In this document: positions 22,520 to 33,840 of the stretch, piece after piece
Position numbering within the stretch: the first letter of the stretch is position 1
How the letters are laid out: the number at the start of each line of letters is the position of its first letter
DNA from: Acidobacteriota bacterium
GTDB taxonomy: Bacteria; Acidobacteriota; UBA6911; RPQK01; JADFOI01
Direction: 5' to 3'
DNA length: 64,000 nt
Assembly: GCA_036338435.1 (NCBI GenBank)
Contig: JAYZCG010000040.1
Location: forward strand, 13,784-77,783
Notes under the pieces: generated by a model
What the model saw: the letters and a program-made list of their open reading frames with translations, nothing else
Told to the model about the DNA's origin: nothing
Database searches by the model: none
Position numbers and translations under genes: made by a program

Positions 22520-23143
22520 ATGCGTGAGATCGTGCAGCAACTCAAATTTTTTTCTGACCTAGGAGTAACTCACTTGGATAGTAAAACTTTGAAACAGGTG
22601 CATACGTTAGAGGAGATACGACGCAAATTGGGAGATTGTCAACGTTGTGAACTTCACGGGGGTCGGACTAATATAGTGTTTGGAGTTGGTAATCCTAAGG
22701 CTGATTTGATGTTTATCGGAGAAGCTCCTGGAGCGGCTGAAGATGCGCAGGGAATCCCTTTTGTAGGAAGGGCGGGCCAACTATTGACAAAGATCATCGA
22801 GGCGATTAATTTGACTAGAGAACAGGTGTACATTGCCAATATTTTGAAATGCCGACCTCCCGGTAATCGTGATCCAGAGCCAAATGAAGTCGAGACTTGC
22901 GTGCCGTTTCTTTTTCAACAAATTGAAGCTATCCAACCTAGGATTATTGTGGCTTTAGGAAAATACGCAGCCCAGAATCTCCTGCACACTGAGGTTCCAA
23001 TTTCTAAGATGCGGGGAGAGTTCGTTCGATTTAGAGACTGTTGGCTTCTTCCTACATTTCATCCTTCCTATTTGCTTCGTAACCCCTCGGCTAAGCGCCA
23101 CGTGTGGGAGGATATGAAGAAAGTAAGGGACCGCCTCAAATAG
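22520..23143 (+). CDS. Uracil-DNA glycosylase, family 4
   Basis: [23 protein letters not shown] and CRPPGNR motifs. I chose the internal start (MREIV...). The ORF track's 22385 start would overlap era. Confidence 0.75.
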   Translation: MREIVQQLKFFSDLGVTHLDSKTLKQVHTLEEIRRKLGDCQRCELHGGRTNIVFGVGNPKADLMFIGEAPGAAEDAQGIPFVGRAGQLLTKIIEAINLTREQVYIANILKCRPPGNRDPEPNEVETCVPFLFQQIEAIQPRIIVALGKYAAQNLLHTEVPISKMRGEFVRFRDCWLLPTFHPSYLLRNPSAKRHVWEDMKKVRDRLK

Positions 23144-23274
23144 CCCTCTATGAATAGCTGATATTAAGAAAGAAGACGGGAGAGATGGGCTTCGGATGTG
23201 AAATTCGAAAATGATGAGCCCGCTCTGGGTGTCCTATTTTTTGTTTTACACCTTCTTTCTCTTTTTTTATAAAT

Positions 23275-25536
23275 GTGAACATGAGACGTGAGACGTTTGT
23301 CGATATTGCAGTCCCCCGACCTCTTTTCCAAACTTTCACCTACCGTGTAGAAGGTTCCATTAAACAGAAGTTGTACTCGGGGTGTCGGGTCATGGTTCCT
23401 TTTGGAAAGCAGTATCTTATTGGGATAGCGGTCAGGGTTCATCAGGAACCGTATTCAGGTAAGGTCAAATCCATTCGTGAATTTTTGGACAAAGAACCGC
23501 TTTTATCCAGCCAACTTATGGAACTTGGTTTGTGGATGGCATCATACTATCTGTCGCCTCCGGGTGAGGCGTTCAAGGTCATGTTGCCTCCAGGACTGCT
23601 GTCTAGAAAGGTCAGGAAAGATCGTCTCTCTGCAAATTTTTGGCCTGAAAAAAAACGTCTGGCCGTGGTGAATATTAGCCCAAAACAGATCAAGCTGACC
23701 GACCGGCAACGGGAAGTACTGGAGGAACTTACCCAATTAACACTTCCGGTTTTCATACAACCTTTTTTACGAGAGGTGCGGTGTAGTCATTCACTTCTCA
23801 AGAGTTTGGCTGCCCGGGGATTGATTACAATAGAGCCTGTCGAAGCATATCGCTCTCCCTGGGGCCAATCTGAGTGTGACCCACAGGTTCAAAAGCACCC
23901 ATTAACTTCTGATCAGAAACGCATTTTCAAGAAAATCCAGCGACACCTGTCCCTGGGTCAATTTCATAGCATGTTGATTCATGGAGTAACGGGAAGCGGG
24001 AAGACGGAAATTTATCTTAATGCCATTTCTGAGGCTCTCAATCTAGATCAATCTGCTTTGATACTTGTTCCCGAGATCGGATTAACACCTCAGATGTCAC
24101 ACTATTTTCGAGCCTGGTTTGGAGACCAAGTTGCCATTCTTCACAGTTCTCTATCGGATGGAGAACGCTTTGATCAATGGCAGAAAATCCGGCGAGGTGA
24201 AGCTAGAGTCGTGGTCGGAACTCGTTCTGCCATTTTCGCGCCACTTCAAAATTTGGGAATAATCATTGTTGACGAGGAACATGATAGCTCGTATAAGCAA
24301 GATGAACTTCCCCGCTATAATGCGCGTGATGTGGCACGCAAACGTGGGCAGCTTGAGGGGGCCTTGGTAGTTTTGGGCAGCGCGACACCTCAGTTGGAGA
24401 CCTTTCATCAGGCGGTACACGGTGAAGAATTAGAGTATGAGACATTAAGTTCACGTATTTTAGAGCGTCCCCTTCCCACTGCTCATGTAGTGGATATGCG
24501 TCAGGAATTTCAAAAACATGGGAAATCGGTGATTGTTTCTGACGTCCTTGTCAAATCAATTGCATTACGCCTGGATCGAAAAGAACAGGTTCTTGTCCTA
24601 ATTAATCGTCGAGGTTATGCCTCGGCCTTGTTGTGCCGTAGCTGTGGACATACGGAAACCTGTGACCACTGTAGCATTAGTCTCACCTATCATCGTAGCC
24701 CGAACCGGCTGGTTTGCCACTATTGTGGATTGTTGAGATCTGTGCCAGAACGATGTGAGATGTGCGGGAAGAAGTATATTTTTTTCCTGGGTCATGGGAC
24801 GGAACAAGTTCAGCACATTTTCGAAAAGCTCTTCCCTAGTGCCCAGATTGACCGGATGGATCGAGACACTGTTCAAAGAAAGGGGAGTGTCCATAAAATT
24901 TTAGGAGCTTTTGCTTCCGGCAAAACCGACATTCTGATTGGGACTCAGATGATTGCCAAAGGGCATGATTTTCCTCGTGTCACTTTGGTGGGGGTGCTTA
25001 TGGCCGACCAGGCTCTTAAGATGGCTGACTTTCGTGCTGCCGAGAGAACATTTCAACTGCTCACTCAGGTGGCTGGACGAGCCGGGAGAGGCGAGCAACC
25101 AGGAGAAGTCGTCATTCAGACCTACTATCCTAATCACTATAGTCTCAAGTATGCTCGTTCTCAGGACTACAAACTTTTTTTTGAAGAAGAAATCCAATTC
25201 CGTCGTAACTTTCAGTATCCACCCTTTACTGCTCTTGCCAACTGCATGCTTCAGGGTGAATCGTCACAACAGATCCGATGTCAGTCCGAACAATTTGCGG
25301 ATCTGCTCCTTCACCATCGCACTCGTCTCTCTAACGGAAGACGTATGCGTGTTCTAGGCCCAGCGCAGGCTCCTTTGGAAAAACTGAAAGGACAATATCG
25401 ATTTCAGATTCTGGTCAAGGCAACTAGTCGTAAGGAACTTCACGATGTGCTGGAGTCTGCCATGGGTGATTTTAGCCAAGAAAAGACTTCTATTAAACAG
25501 TCTTCTATTGATATTGATCCGTTAAATTTGCTCTGA
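23275..25536 (+). CDS. priA: Primosomal protein N' (replication restart helicase)
   Basis: 753 aa with Walker A (GVTGSGKTE), DEEH box (VDEEHD), the Cys-rich zinc region (CRSCGH...CDHC...CHYCG) and a helicase C domain. Confidence 0.85.
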   Translation: MNMRRETFVDIAVPRPLFQTFTYRVEGSIKQKLYSGCRVMVPFGKQYLIGIAVRVHQEPYSGKVKSIREFLDKEPLLSSQLMELGLWMASYYLSPPGEAFKVMLPPGLLSRKVRKDRLSANFWPEKKRLAVVNISPKQIKLTDRQREVLEELTQLTLPVFIQPFLREVRCSHSLLKSLAARGLITIEPVEAYRSPWGQSECDPQVQKHPLTSDQKRIFKKIQRHLSLGQFHSMLIHGVTGSGKTEIYLNAISEALNLDQSALILVPEIGLTPQMSHYFRAWFGDQVAILHSSLSDGERFDQWQKIRRGEARVVVGTRSAIFAPLQNLGIIIVDEEHDSSYKQDELPRYNARDVARKRGQLEGALVVLGSATPQLETFHQAVHGEELEYETLSSRILERPLPTAHVVDMRQEFQKHGKSVIVSDVLVKSIALRLDRKEQVLVLINRRGYASALLCRSCGHTETCDHCSISLTYHRSPNRLVCHYCGLLRSVPERCEMCGKKYIFFLGHGTEQVQHIFEKLFPSAQIDRMDRDTVQRKGSVHKILGAFASGKTDILIGTQMIAKGHDFPRVTLVGVLMADQALKMADFRAAERTFQLLTQVAGRAGRGEQPGEVVIQTYYPNHYSLKYARSQDYKLFFEEEIQFRRNFQYPPFTALANCMLQGESSQQIRCQSEQFADLLLHHRTRLSNGRRMRVLGPAQAPLEKLKGQYRFQILVKATSRKELHDVLESAMGDFSQEKTSIKQSSIDIDPLNLL

Positions 25537-25697
25537 TCCATGGCGAAGTGTTCGTATGTATTAATTGAAAGTTCTAAACCAGAACATCGAGTCGATTTTG
25601 CTTCTGTGATCTGATCTATTGATACAAACTTAAACAGTAAGGTGGTAGATGGGTAACTGCCGGTAGTCATCTCTTCACCACCGTGCTAGACTAGTGT

Positions 25698-26417
25698 ATG
25701 CACTTTGTTGGAGTCATACCTGCACGGATTAACTCCACTCGAATCCCCGGAAAACCCCTCCTGGAAATTGCTGGAAAATCATTGATTGAGTGGGTATACG
25801 AGCGCGCCTGTCAAGCTTCTCGGCTGGACGACATTATTGTGGCGACTGATGATGAACGTATTTTAAGGACGGTGGAAAGCTTCAACGGTAAGGTAGTGAT
25901 GACCTCGCCGGATCACGTGAGTGGAACGGATCGGGTAGCTGAGGTAGCAGAGTCTGTTCAGGCCGATGTTTTTGTCAACATGCAAGGGGATGAACCACTG
26001 ATTTCCCCAGAGACCATCGATCAGATTTGTATGCCTTTTGAGAGAGATGCTGATATTAAAGTGACCACGGCTTGCTTTGAGATTGTCGATCCGATGGAGA
26101 TGAACGATCCCCACACCGTCAAGGTTGTATTTAACAAGCAGGGCAGGGCACTCTATTTCTCCCGTGCAACCATTCCCCACCAGCAAGGAGTAGGGTCGGT
26201 TTACAAGCATATAGGGATCTACGGATATCGGCGAGATTGTTTGAGAATTTTCTCCGATCTGTCGGTTTCTCCGTTGGAAACGACTGAGAGATTGGAGCAA
26301 TTGAGATTGCTTGAAAATGATATTCCAATCCATGTCGTCGAGGTTATGGAAGACAGCTTTGGAGTGAACACGGACGAGGATATAGAGCGTGTCAGACCCC
26401 TGTTGGAGAATGGATGA
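25698..26417 (+). CDS. kdsB: 3-deoxy-manno-octulosonate cytidylyltransferase (CMP-Kdo synthetase)
   Basis: GVIPARINSTRIPGKPL N-terminus. 239 aa. Confidence 0.85.
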   Translation: MHFVGVIPARINSTRIPGKPLLEIAGKSLIEWVYERACQASRLDDIIVATDDERILRTVESFNGKVVMTSPDHVSGTDRVAEVAESVQADVFVNMQGDEPLISPETIDQICMPFERDADIKVTTACFEIVDPMEMNDPHTVKVVFNKQGRALYFSRATIPHQQGVGSVYKHIGIYGYRRDCLRIFSDLSVSPLETTERLEQLRLLENDIPIHVVEVMEDSFGVNTDEDIERVRPLLENG

Positions 26418-28124
<1,707 letters not shown>

Positions 28125-28174
28125 ATTCATCTATTGGTCATTGGGGGTATGTTGTTGGTATCATTTCTAGACTA

Positions 28175-29005
28175 ATGGCACTAATGACGGAAATAGTTAT
28201 GAGGGGCTGGAAGCTGGGAGGGGATAATCCTTTTTTCCTAATCTCTGGACCTTGTGTAATTGAGAGTGAGCAGCACTGCTTGGAGATTGCAGGGCGGCTC
28301 AAGGAGATAACCTCAGCTCTTAATATACCTTGGATTTTTAAGGCTTCTTACGACAAGGCTAATAGAACCTCAATTAAATCATATCGCGGTCCAGGAATAG
28401 ACCAGGGGTTGAAGATATTTCAGAAAGTAAAGCAAGAGCTTGATATTCCAGTTCTCTCAGATGTCCATGAAGTGGAGCAAGTCGACGAGGCTGCGGAGGT
28501 TTTAGATATTTTACAAATCCCGGCAATGCTTTCGCGCCAGACTGATTTGATTTTGGCGGCAGTGGCAACAGGCAGGATTGTGAATATAAAGAAGGGTCAA
28601 TTTTTGTCACCTGAGGACGTAGAGCATGTACTAGAGAAAGCTGGTTCTATTAACGGTTCTGGGGTGATCATCACCGAACGTGGTGTCTGTTTTGGGTACA
28701 ATAATCTAGTATCAGACTTTAGGGCTCTCCCTGTTATCCGGAAGTTTGGTGTCCCGGTGGTATTTGATGCCACCCATAGTGTGCAGCTCCCCGGTGGGGC
28801 TGGTGGCTGGAGTGGAGGGCAGGCTGAGTTTATTCCACACTTGGCAAGAGCGGCTGTAGCAGTGGGCACCGACGGGATATTTATGGAGGTTCATGATCGT
28901 CCTGATAAAGCGCTCAGTGATGGGGCTAATGCCATGCGGATTGATCTGTTAGAGGATGTACTCAAAAAGTTGCAGCGTATTGATCTGCTGGCTAAAAATG
29001 TGTAA
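28175..29005 (+). CDS. kdsA: 3-deoxy-8-phosphooctulonate synthase
   Basis: DAHP/KDO8P synthase family: FFLISGPCVIES...KASYDKANR. 276 aa. Confidence 0.85.
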   Translation: MALMTEIVMRGWKLGGDNPFFLISGPCVIESEQHCLEIAGRLKEITSALNIPWIFKASYDKANRTSIKSYRGPGIDQGLKIFQKVKQELDIPVLSDVHEVEQVDEAAEVLDILQIPAMLSRQTDLILAAVATGRIVNIKKGQFLSPEDVEHVLEKAGSINGSGVIITERGVCFGYNNLVSDFRALPVIRKFGVPVVFDATHSVQLPGGAGGWSGGQAEFIPHLARAAVAVGTDGIFMEVHDRPDKALSDGANAMRIDLLEDVLKKLQRIDLLAKNV

Positions 29006-29096
29006 TTGTGCTTTACGAAAAGGACATTGGATTCTAGGTATTTACCCCTTCAACCCCATTAGTTCGGTTGGGTAGCCAACCGGTTAGGAGATTCAC

Positions 29097-30056
29097 TTGT
29101 CCCAAGAAACAGCCAAGAGAGTCTTGAAAATTGAAGCTGAGGCGATCGCTGAACTAATTCCACGATTAGGTGAATCTTTTGATCAAGCAGTTGAATTGCT
29201 TGCTAAATGCCGTGGGCGAATGGTGGCAATGGGGATGGGTAAATCGGGCATTGTGTGCCGTAAAATTGCTGCCACTTTCAACAGTACGGGAACTCCTTCA
29301 ATTTTTCTTCATCCGGCTGAAGCCATTCACGGAGATCTTGGTATGCTGGCCACTGGGGATATAGTACTGGCACTTTCCAACAGTGGAGAGACTGACGAGT
29401 TGGTTGATTTGGTGTCTACCATTAAGCGTCTGGGCATTCCCTTAATTTCCATGGTAGGAAATATGGAGTCAACTCTAGCCCATGGCTCGGATATCGCTTT
29501 GGACGTGGGAGTCAATCAGGAAGCTTGTCCTTTTGGCTTAGCCCCTACTGCTTCGACTACTGCTTCCATGGCTTTAGGGGATGCCTTGGCTTTGGCTTTG
29601 TCCGAAAAAAAGGGATTTCATCTAGAGGACTTTGCACTACTGCATCCTGGAGGTAAATTAGGTAAGGTGCTTGCCAAGGTTGGAGATCTCATGCACCGGG
29701 GCGAACAGATCCCTAAGGTTGCTTTAGACGCTCTAATGGATGAGGTTATCTATGAAATGTCGAACAAAAAGCTGGGAGTCACTAGTGTGGTTGATTCAAA
29801 CGGTGGGCTAGTGGGAGTTATCTCTGATGGAGATTTGAGACGCTTACTCCAGAAGAAACGCGAGAGAGTACTTTCGTTTAAAGCCAGTCAGTGTATGACG
29901 AAAGACCCTTTAACCATTTCTGAAGACGAATTGGGAACGAGTGCTCTGCATATCATGGAGGAGAACAAAATTACTTCTCTTATGGTTACCGATGGCTCTA
30001 ATAACGTCGTAGGGATTATCCACCTCCATGACCTGTGGAGAACGGAGATGATATAA
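29097..30056 (+). CDS. kdsD: Arabinose-5-phosphate isomerase (SIS + tandem CBS)
   Basis: TTG start preceded by AGGAG. It has an SIS domain (GMGKSG) followed by CBS domains. Confidence 0.8.
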   Translation: MSQETAKRVLKIEAEAIAELIPRLGESFDQAVELLAKCRGRMVAMGMGKSGIVCRKIAATFNSTGTPSIFLHPAEAIHGDLGMLATGDIVLALSNSGETDELVDLVSTIKRLGIPLISMVGNMESTLAHGSDIALDVGVNQEACPFGLAPTASTTASMALGDALALALSEKKGFHLEDFALLHPGGKLGKVLAKVGDLMHRGEQIPKVALDALMDEVIYEMSNKKLGVTSVVDSNGGLVGVISDGDLRRLLQKKRERVLSFKASQCMTKDPLTISEDELGTSALHIMEENKITSLMVTDGSNNVVGIIHLHDLWRTEMI

Positions 30057-30059
30057 ATC

Positions 30060-30593
30060 ATGACAACATTGCCTGCTGAAGTTGCAGAGAAAATACGGGA
30101 TATTCGCCTGCTGTTGCTTGATGTGGATGGAGTTCTCACCGATGGCAGATTTGGGCTAATGGCTGGAGGAGGAGAGATTAAATTTTTTTCCAGTCACGAT
30201 GGGCTCGGCATCCGTTTGATGCAAAAAGCGGGCTGTGCCGTTGGATTTTTAAGCGGTAGAAAGAGCCAAGAAGTAGCGTTACGGGCTAATGAACTAGGTG
30301 TTGATATCGTGATTGAGGGCTCTGTGGATAAGGTCAAAGATTTTGAAAAGATTCTTTCTCAACAAAATTTAGATGCCTCCCAGGTAGCTTATATTGGGGA
30401 TGATTTACCCGATTTACCTGTCCTTAAACGAGTTGGATTTTCTGCTGCACCACACAATGCAACTGAAGCGATCAAGGAGAGCGTAGATTATGTTACGAAG
30501 CGAAAGGGAGGTGAGGGGGCGGTGCGCGAAGTAGTAGAACTTCTACTGCAATCTTCAGGAACATGGGCGGATGTCCTTGCACATTTTTCATAG
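30060..30593 (+). CDS. kdsC: Kdo 8-phosphate phosphatase (HAD family)
   Basis: LLLDVDGVLTDG HAD motif I. 177 aa, immediately downstream of kdsD. Confidence 0.8.
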   Translation: MTTLPAEVAEKIRDIRLLLLDVDGVLTDGRFGLMAGGGEIKFFSSHDGLGIRLMQKAGCAVGFLSGRKSQEVALRANELGVDIVIEGSVDKVKDFEKILSQQNLDASQVAYIGDDLPDLPVLKRVGFSAAPHNATEAIKESVDYVTKRKGGEGAVREVVELLLQSSGTWADVLAHFS

Positions 30594-30666
30594 CAGCTTT
30601 TGTGCCATTACTCTCTTGTAGTCATTTTCTTTTCCCATTTGTTTATTCTAAAATAGGGTGCAGTGA

Positions 30667-30741
<75 letters not shown>

Positions 30742-30825
30742 TTCATTTTTTCTTTTCGCTATTCGGATCCGACCACAAAATCGGTAATCACTATAAAGGA
30801 TGAGGAACAATGATCTGTCGCTCAT
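30742..30825 (-). pseudogene. Frameshifted copy of the tiny membrane-peptide gene
   Basis: It begins ATGAGCGAC... with the same upstream TAAACCAC box as the intact copies. One extra nucleotide relative to copy 31015-31140 breaks the frame. In the corrected frame it reads ...FIVITDFVVGSE*. The ORF track's 60-aa reading runs antisense across the tRNA and is an artefact. Confidence 0.3.
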
Positions 30826-30922
30826 GTGGTTTACGCTTATGAACTATTTCTGGAAGGCATGGACCGGCAGTCTATGCGGATATAGGCAGATTCAAAATGT
30901 CTGAAGGGCGCCTCTCGTGATC

Positions 30923-31015
30923 TTATGAATCGTCGTTTTCTTCTATCCTTTTTTTTCTAAGCCATGGGATGCCAATAAAAGCGATAATCACGATAGATAT
31001 TAAGATAACTTCCAT
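30923..31015 (-). CDS. Tiny single-TM peptide (30 aa), paralog 2
   Basis: MEVILISIVIIAFIGIPWLRKKRIEENDDS. A GGAGGA SD sits inside the upstream gene's 3' end. Its ATG overlaps the stop of the 41-aa paralog (TAATG). Confidence 0.35.
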   Translation of the reverse strand: MEVILISIVIIAFIGIPWLRKKRIEENDDS

Positions 31016-31140
31016 TATGAATCGTCTTCCTCCTCTATCTGCCTACGTTTTTCAGCCATCATTTTCTTCTTCCGCCATTCAGATCCGACCACAAAAGTGA
31101 TGATCACTATAAATATGAGAAATAATAATCCGTTGCTCAT
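31015..31140 (-). CDS. Tiny single-TM peptide (41 aa), paralog 1
   Basis: MSNGLLFLIFIVIITFVVGSEWRKKKMMAEKRRQIEEEDDS. An AAGGA SD lies 8 nt upstream, and the ATG is 11 nt after the amidase stop. Confidence 0.4.
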   Translation of the reverse strand: MSNGLLFLIFIVIITFVVGSEWRKKKMMAEKRRQIEEEDDS

Positions 31141-31151
31141 ATGGTTTATCC

Positions 31152-33575
31152 TTACTGCAACCCTCCCGGTAGCGGACCAAATGAGGATGGGGGTACTCGG
31201 TGTTTTGTTGCGGCTTCGTAAGCAGAAGCAATTTTGATCAATGTAGATTCTTCGCCGGGACCAGACCACATCATCATACTGACTGGCATGGGATGTGGAA
31301 GTAACGATCGTTGTTTCCCACTGACATAGGTATAGTGATTTTTATCTGGGCTAAGGGCAAATTCGGGTTCGTAGACGACCCGATTATAGCCAGCAGGAAC
31401 AACGATTTGAGGAATTCCAATGAATGCGGTGAAACGTCCACAGCAACTGACGGCACTTCTGTCATTCTTAGTGGGTTCACTTGCGTTACCTATCTTGCGA
31501 TGTGGCAGCGTATTTTCAGGATTTACAAAGGCATCGATACCATTCTCATACATCACTTTTTGGATTACAACCCTCATCACGGTCTGCATCTTAAACATGT
31601 CGATGCCATTTGTTGGACGGAGGTCTTGTACGTCTACAGCCTTTTCAGCACTTCTTCGATCACTATCGGCAACTACTTTTTCGTTAGCGATCCAGCTTGC
31701 CCAATCAAACACTTTTTGGTCTCCCCGTTCTGCCAGATATTTAGCTGTGTTGAAATGTCCTCGACCAGTGTTATCAAAACCAGTAGTAAGACGGCGGATA
31801 TTAAAATTATCTGACAGAGGTGCTTTGCCTAGAGCTAATTGAACTAGATAATCTTTTGTTCTCACATCAAAGCCTGGAACAGCAAACTCTAAATCTCCTA
31901 AACTGGTTGTTCGGAAGAAATACTCAGGAACATTCATGGGGAAAATCTCTGCAATAGCATTTTGAAAGGTGTATTTCATATTAGGAACATCTGGATCGTC
32001 TGAGTAGAGGGGGTCAACGGATTCGACTAATTGAGCTCCTAGTTTATTGCGGAGGATAGTTTTAATTTCTTGATCAATTTGATCACTAATCGCAACATCA
32101 TTCCGGCTATGCTTGACCATGTATTCGCGCACAATCCCAATACGCATTCCCTCAAGAGGTTTGTCTGTTTCCGCAAGATCAGCTTCGCTAATAAGAAAAC
32201 TGGTATAGGGCTCTTCCGGGATCAAGCGTTTCGGAATTGCGGTGAAGTATTCTCTGGGTTCATACCCTTTAATGGCGTCGAGAACTCTGACTGTGTCTTC
32301 AACCGTGCGGCAATGGATGCCAGCTCGGTCATCAATCTTGCGGGCCAAAATTCCACCATCTGAATTGACTCCTTTAGTTGTTAGGAAGTTTACGATGTTG
32401 TTTCTGGACGCAGGGCCTTGGCAGGAAGCGAAGGTCTGTTCGCAAATTGAACAAACTACCAGATTTGCGGCGACGGATACCCCAGACCCAGAGCTAGTTC
32501 CACGGGTTTCACGCTCGGTGTCATAGGGGTTACATGGTTGTCCTCCCCAGGTGCTGATCGAAGTGGTAGGTCTACGATCTCCAGGGATAGACCCGGCAGG
32601 GGAAAATACCTTTGCATCCGGCGTATTCGGGGGGGAATGGACTACTGGAATAGTACTGGACGGTGACAGGGAAATACGATTATTGCTCGCTGTGGCAATA
32701 GCATAAATAATAGCCCCTTTTTTTCGTACCTGAGCTACTGGGACGGAATCGATCGCAGGTACATCCATGTCAAAGTTTACATCATTGCCACCGGTGCCCC
32801 GCATGTCCATAGCGTCATACCAGTTTTTAAAGGAAAAGGGGATACAGTATAGGGGTAAGTTTTCCAGATCAGGAGCAGTGCCATATTGTGCATCTAATTC
32901 AGCAGCTCGTTCCAAAGCATCTGGACGTTTGCGAAAGTCTTCGCACACCTCTGGAGCTCCTTCTGGAAGAGGCCCTGATGATGGATGGGCATCGAATTTG
33001 CCTTTGCAGGTTACGGAACGTTCCCCACGGATGTTAAGAGTTTCCAGAGCATTGAGTTGTCCTGCATTGGAAATTCCAACTCTCATCCCATACTGTTGTT
33101 GAATGCTAGGATCCGACAGAGTGGATTCCATTCTTCCAAAGTCAAATGGTAATCCTTGGTATTCATCATAATTTGGGAGCAAACGTGATATTGCCACGGT
33201 TTCAGTTGGAAACTTGAGAGAACTTCCTGCACTCATAACGCCAGTAGAGGGAGGAAGAGAAACCCCGTCTTCAGTGACAAGTTGGGTGCATATGCCGTTG
33301 TAGGCCTTGGCCCTATTAATATATAGCTGCGTCAGTTGAGAACAAGTTGTTTGGTTGGTCTTTATAGCGTTGTGAATACTCCCGATAGTGGCTTCCACCA
33401 ATCGGAAACTTTCCGGTTCTTGGCCAAGCATAGCAGGTGATGTGAAAAAAAAGAGTACGCTTCCAACAAGATAGGTCAGCAAAGTTTTTTGATACACATG
33501 GGCTTTGACAAATGTATTCCGATTGTTGGACATGGAAACCTCCTCGATGGCTTTTTTTGTTTTTTCCAAGGACAC
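31152..33575 (-). CDS. Secreted amidase-signature family enzyme (807 aa)
   Basis: N-terminal signal/TM segment (LLTYLVGSVLFFFTSPAMLG), catalytic Lys context (PFSFKNWYDAMDMRGTGGN) and the Ser-rich AS motif (RGTSSGSGVSVAANLV). Long insertions make it larger than typical ~500-aa amidases. Confidence 0.7.
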   Translation of the reverse strand: MSLEKTKKAIEEVSMSNNRNTFVKAHVYQKTLLTYLVGSVLFFFTSPAMLGQEPESFRLVEATIGSIHNAIKTNQTTCSQLTQLYINRAKAYNGICTQLVTEDGVSLPPSTGVMSAGSSLKFPTETVAISRLLPNYDEYQGLPFDFGRMESTLSDPSIQQQYGMRVGISNAGQLNALETLNIRGERSVTCKGKFDAHPSSGPLPEGAPEVCEDFRKRPDALERAAELDAQYGTAPDLENLPLYCIPFSFKNWYDAMDMRGTGGNDVNFDMDVPAIDSVPVAQVRKKGAIIYAIATASNNRISLSPSSTIPVVHSPPNTPDAKVFSPAGSIPGDRRPTTSISTWGGQPCNPYDTERETRGTSSGSGVSVAANLVVCSICEQTFASCQGPASRNNIVNFLTTKGVNSDGGILARKIDDRAGIHCRTVEDTVRVLDAIKGYEPREYFTAIPKRLIPEEPYTSFLISEADLAETDKPLEGMRIGIVREYMVKHSRNDVAISDQIDQEIKTILRNKLGAQLVESVDPLYSDDPDVPNMKYTFQNAIAEIFPMNVPEYFFRTTSLGDLEFAVPGFDVRTKDYLVQLALGKAPLSDNFNIRRLTTGFDNTGRGHFNTAKYLAERGDQKVFDWASWIANEKVVADSDRRSAEKAVDVQDLRPTNGIDMFKMQTVMRVVIQKVMYENGIDAFVNPENTLPHRKIGNASEPTKNDRSAVSCCGRFTAFIGIPQIVVPAGYNRVVYEPEFALSPDKNHYTYVSGKQRSLLPHPMPVSMMMWSGPGEESTLIKIASAYEAATKHRVPPSSFGPLPGGLQ

Positions 33576-33840
33576 GGCTATTTAGTTAGTATCTTTGTAG
33601 GATCCAATATTAGATTGGAAGAAGCCTTAAGGCAAGTGAGGTATTTTCGAGAACGATAGGTATTGAGCGTGGTCAAATTTGTCTATACTCTTGCCGTGAG
33701 TGTCAAAATTCACAGATGTTGATGGAGTTAAATTAGATTGAATTATTGGAGAGCATGATTTTGCTGTTTCAATCACTACAAAATAATGCGAAGCACTTTA
33801 GGAGGAATCGATTTGGTACAAGGGCAAAGGTGGATATCTG

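Larger units (their letters stand above)
30742..31152. repeat. Tandem, diverged repeat units carrying the tiny-peptide genes
   Basis: Units at roughly 30742-30830, 30921-31015 and 31015-31140 share blocks such as TTC(G/A)GATCCGACCACAAAA, TCACTATAAA and TTATGAATCGTC. Confidence 0.5.

Noticed and set aside
25537-25697. Hairpin GGTGGTAGATG...CATCTCTTCACCACC downstream of priA as a terminator
   Set aside because: The stem is imperfect and is not followed by a T-tract, so evidence for a rho-independent terminator is weak.
31311-31842. Plus-strand ORFs of 140-167 aa inside the amidase gene
   Set aside because: They lie antisense to, or out of frame with, a well-supported 807-aa protein with family motifs. 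They have no RBS or motifs, and are typical of spurious ORFs.
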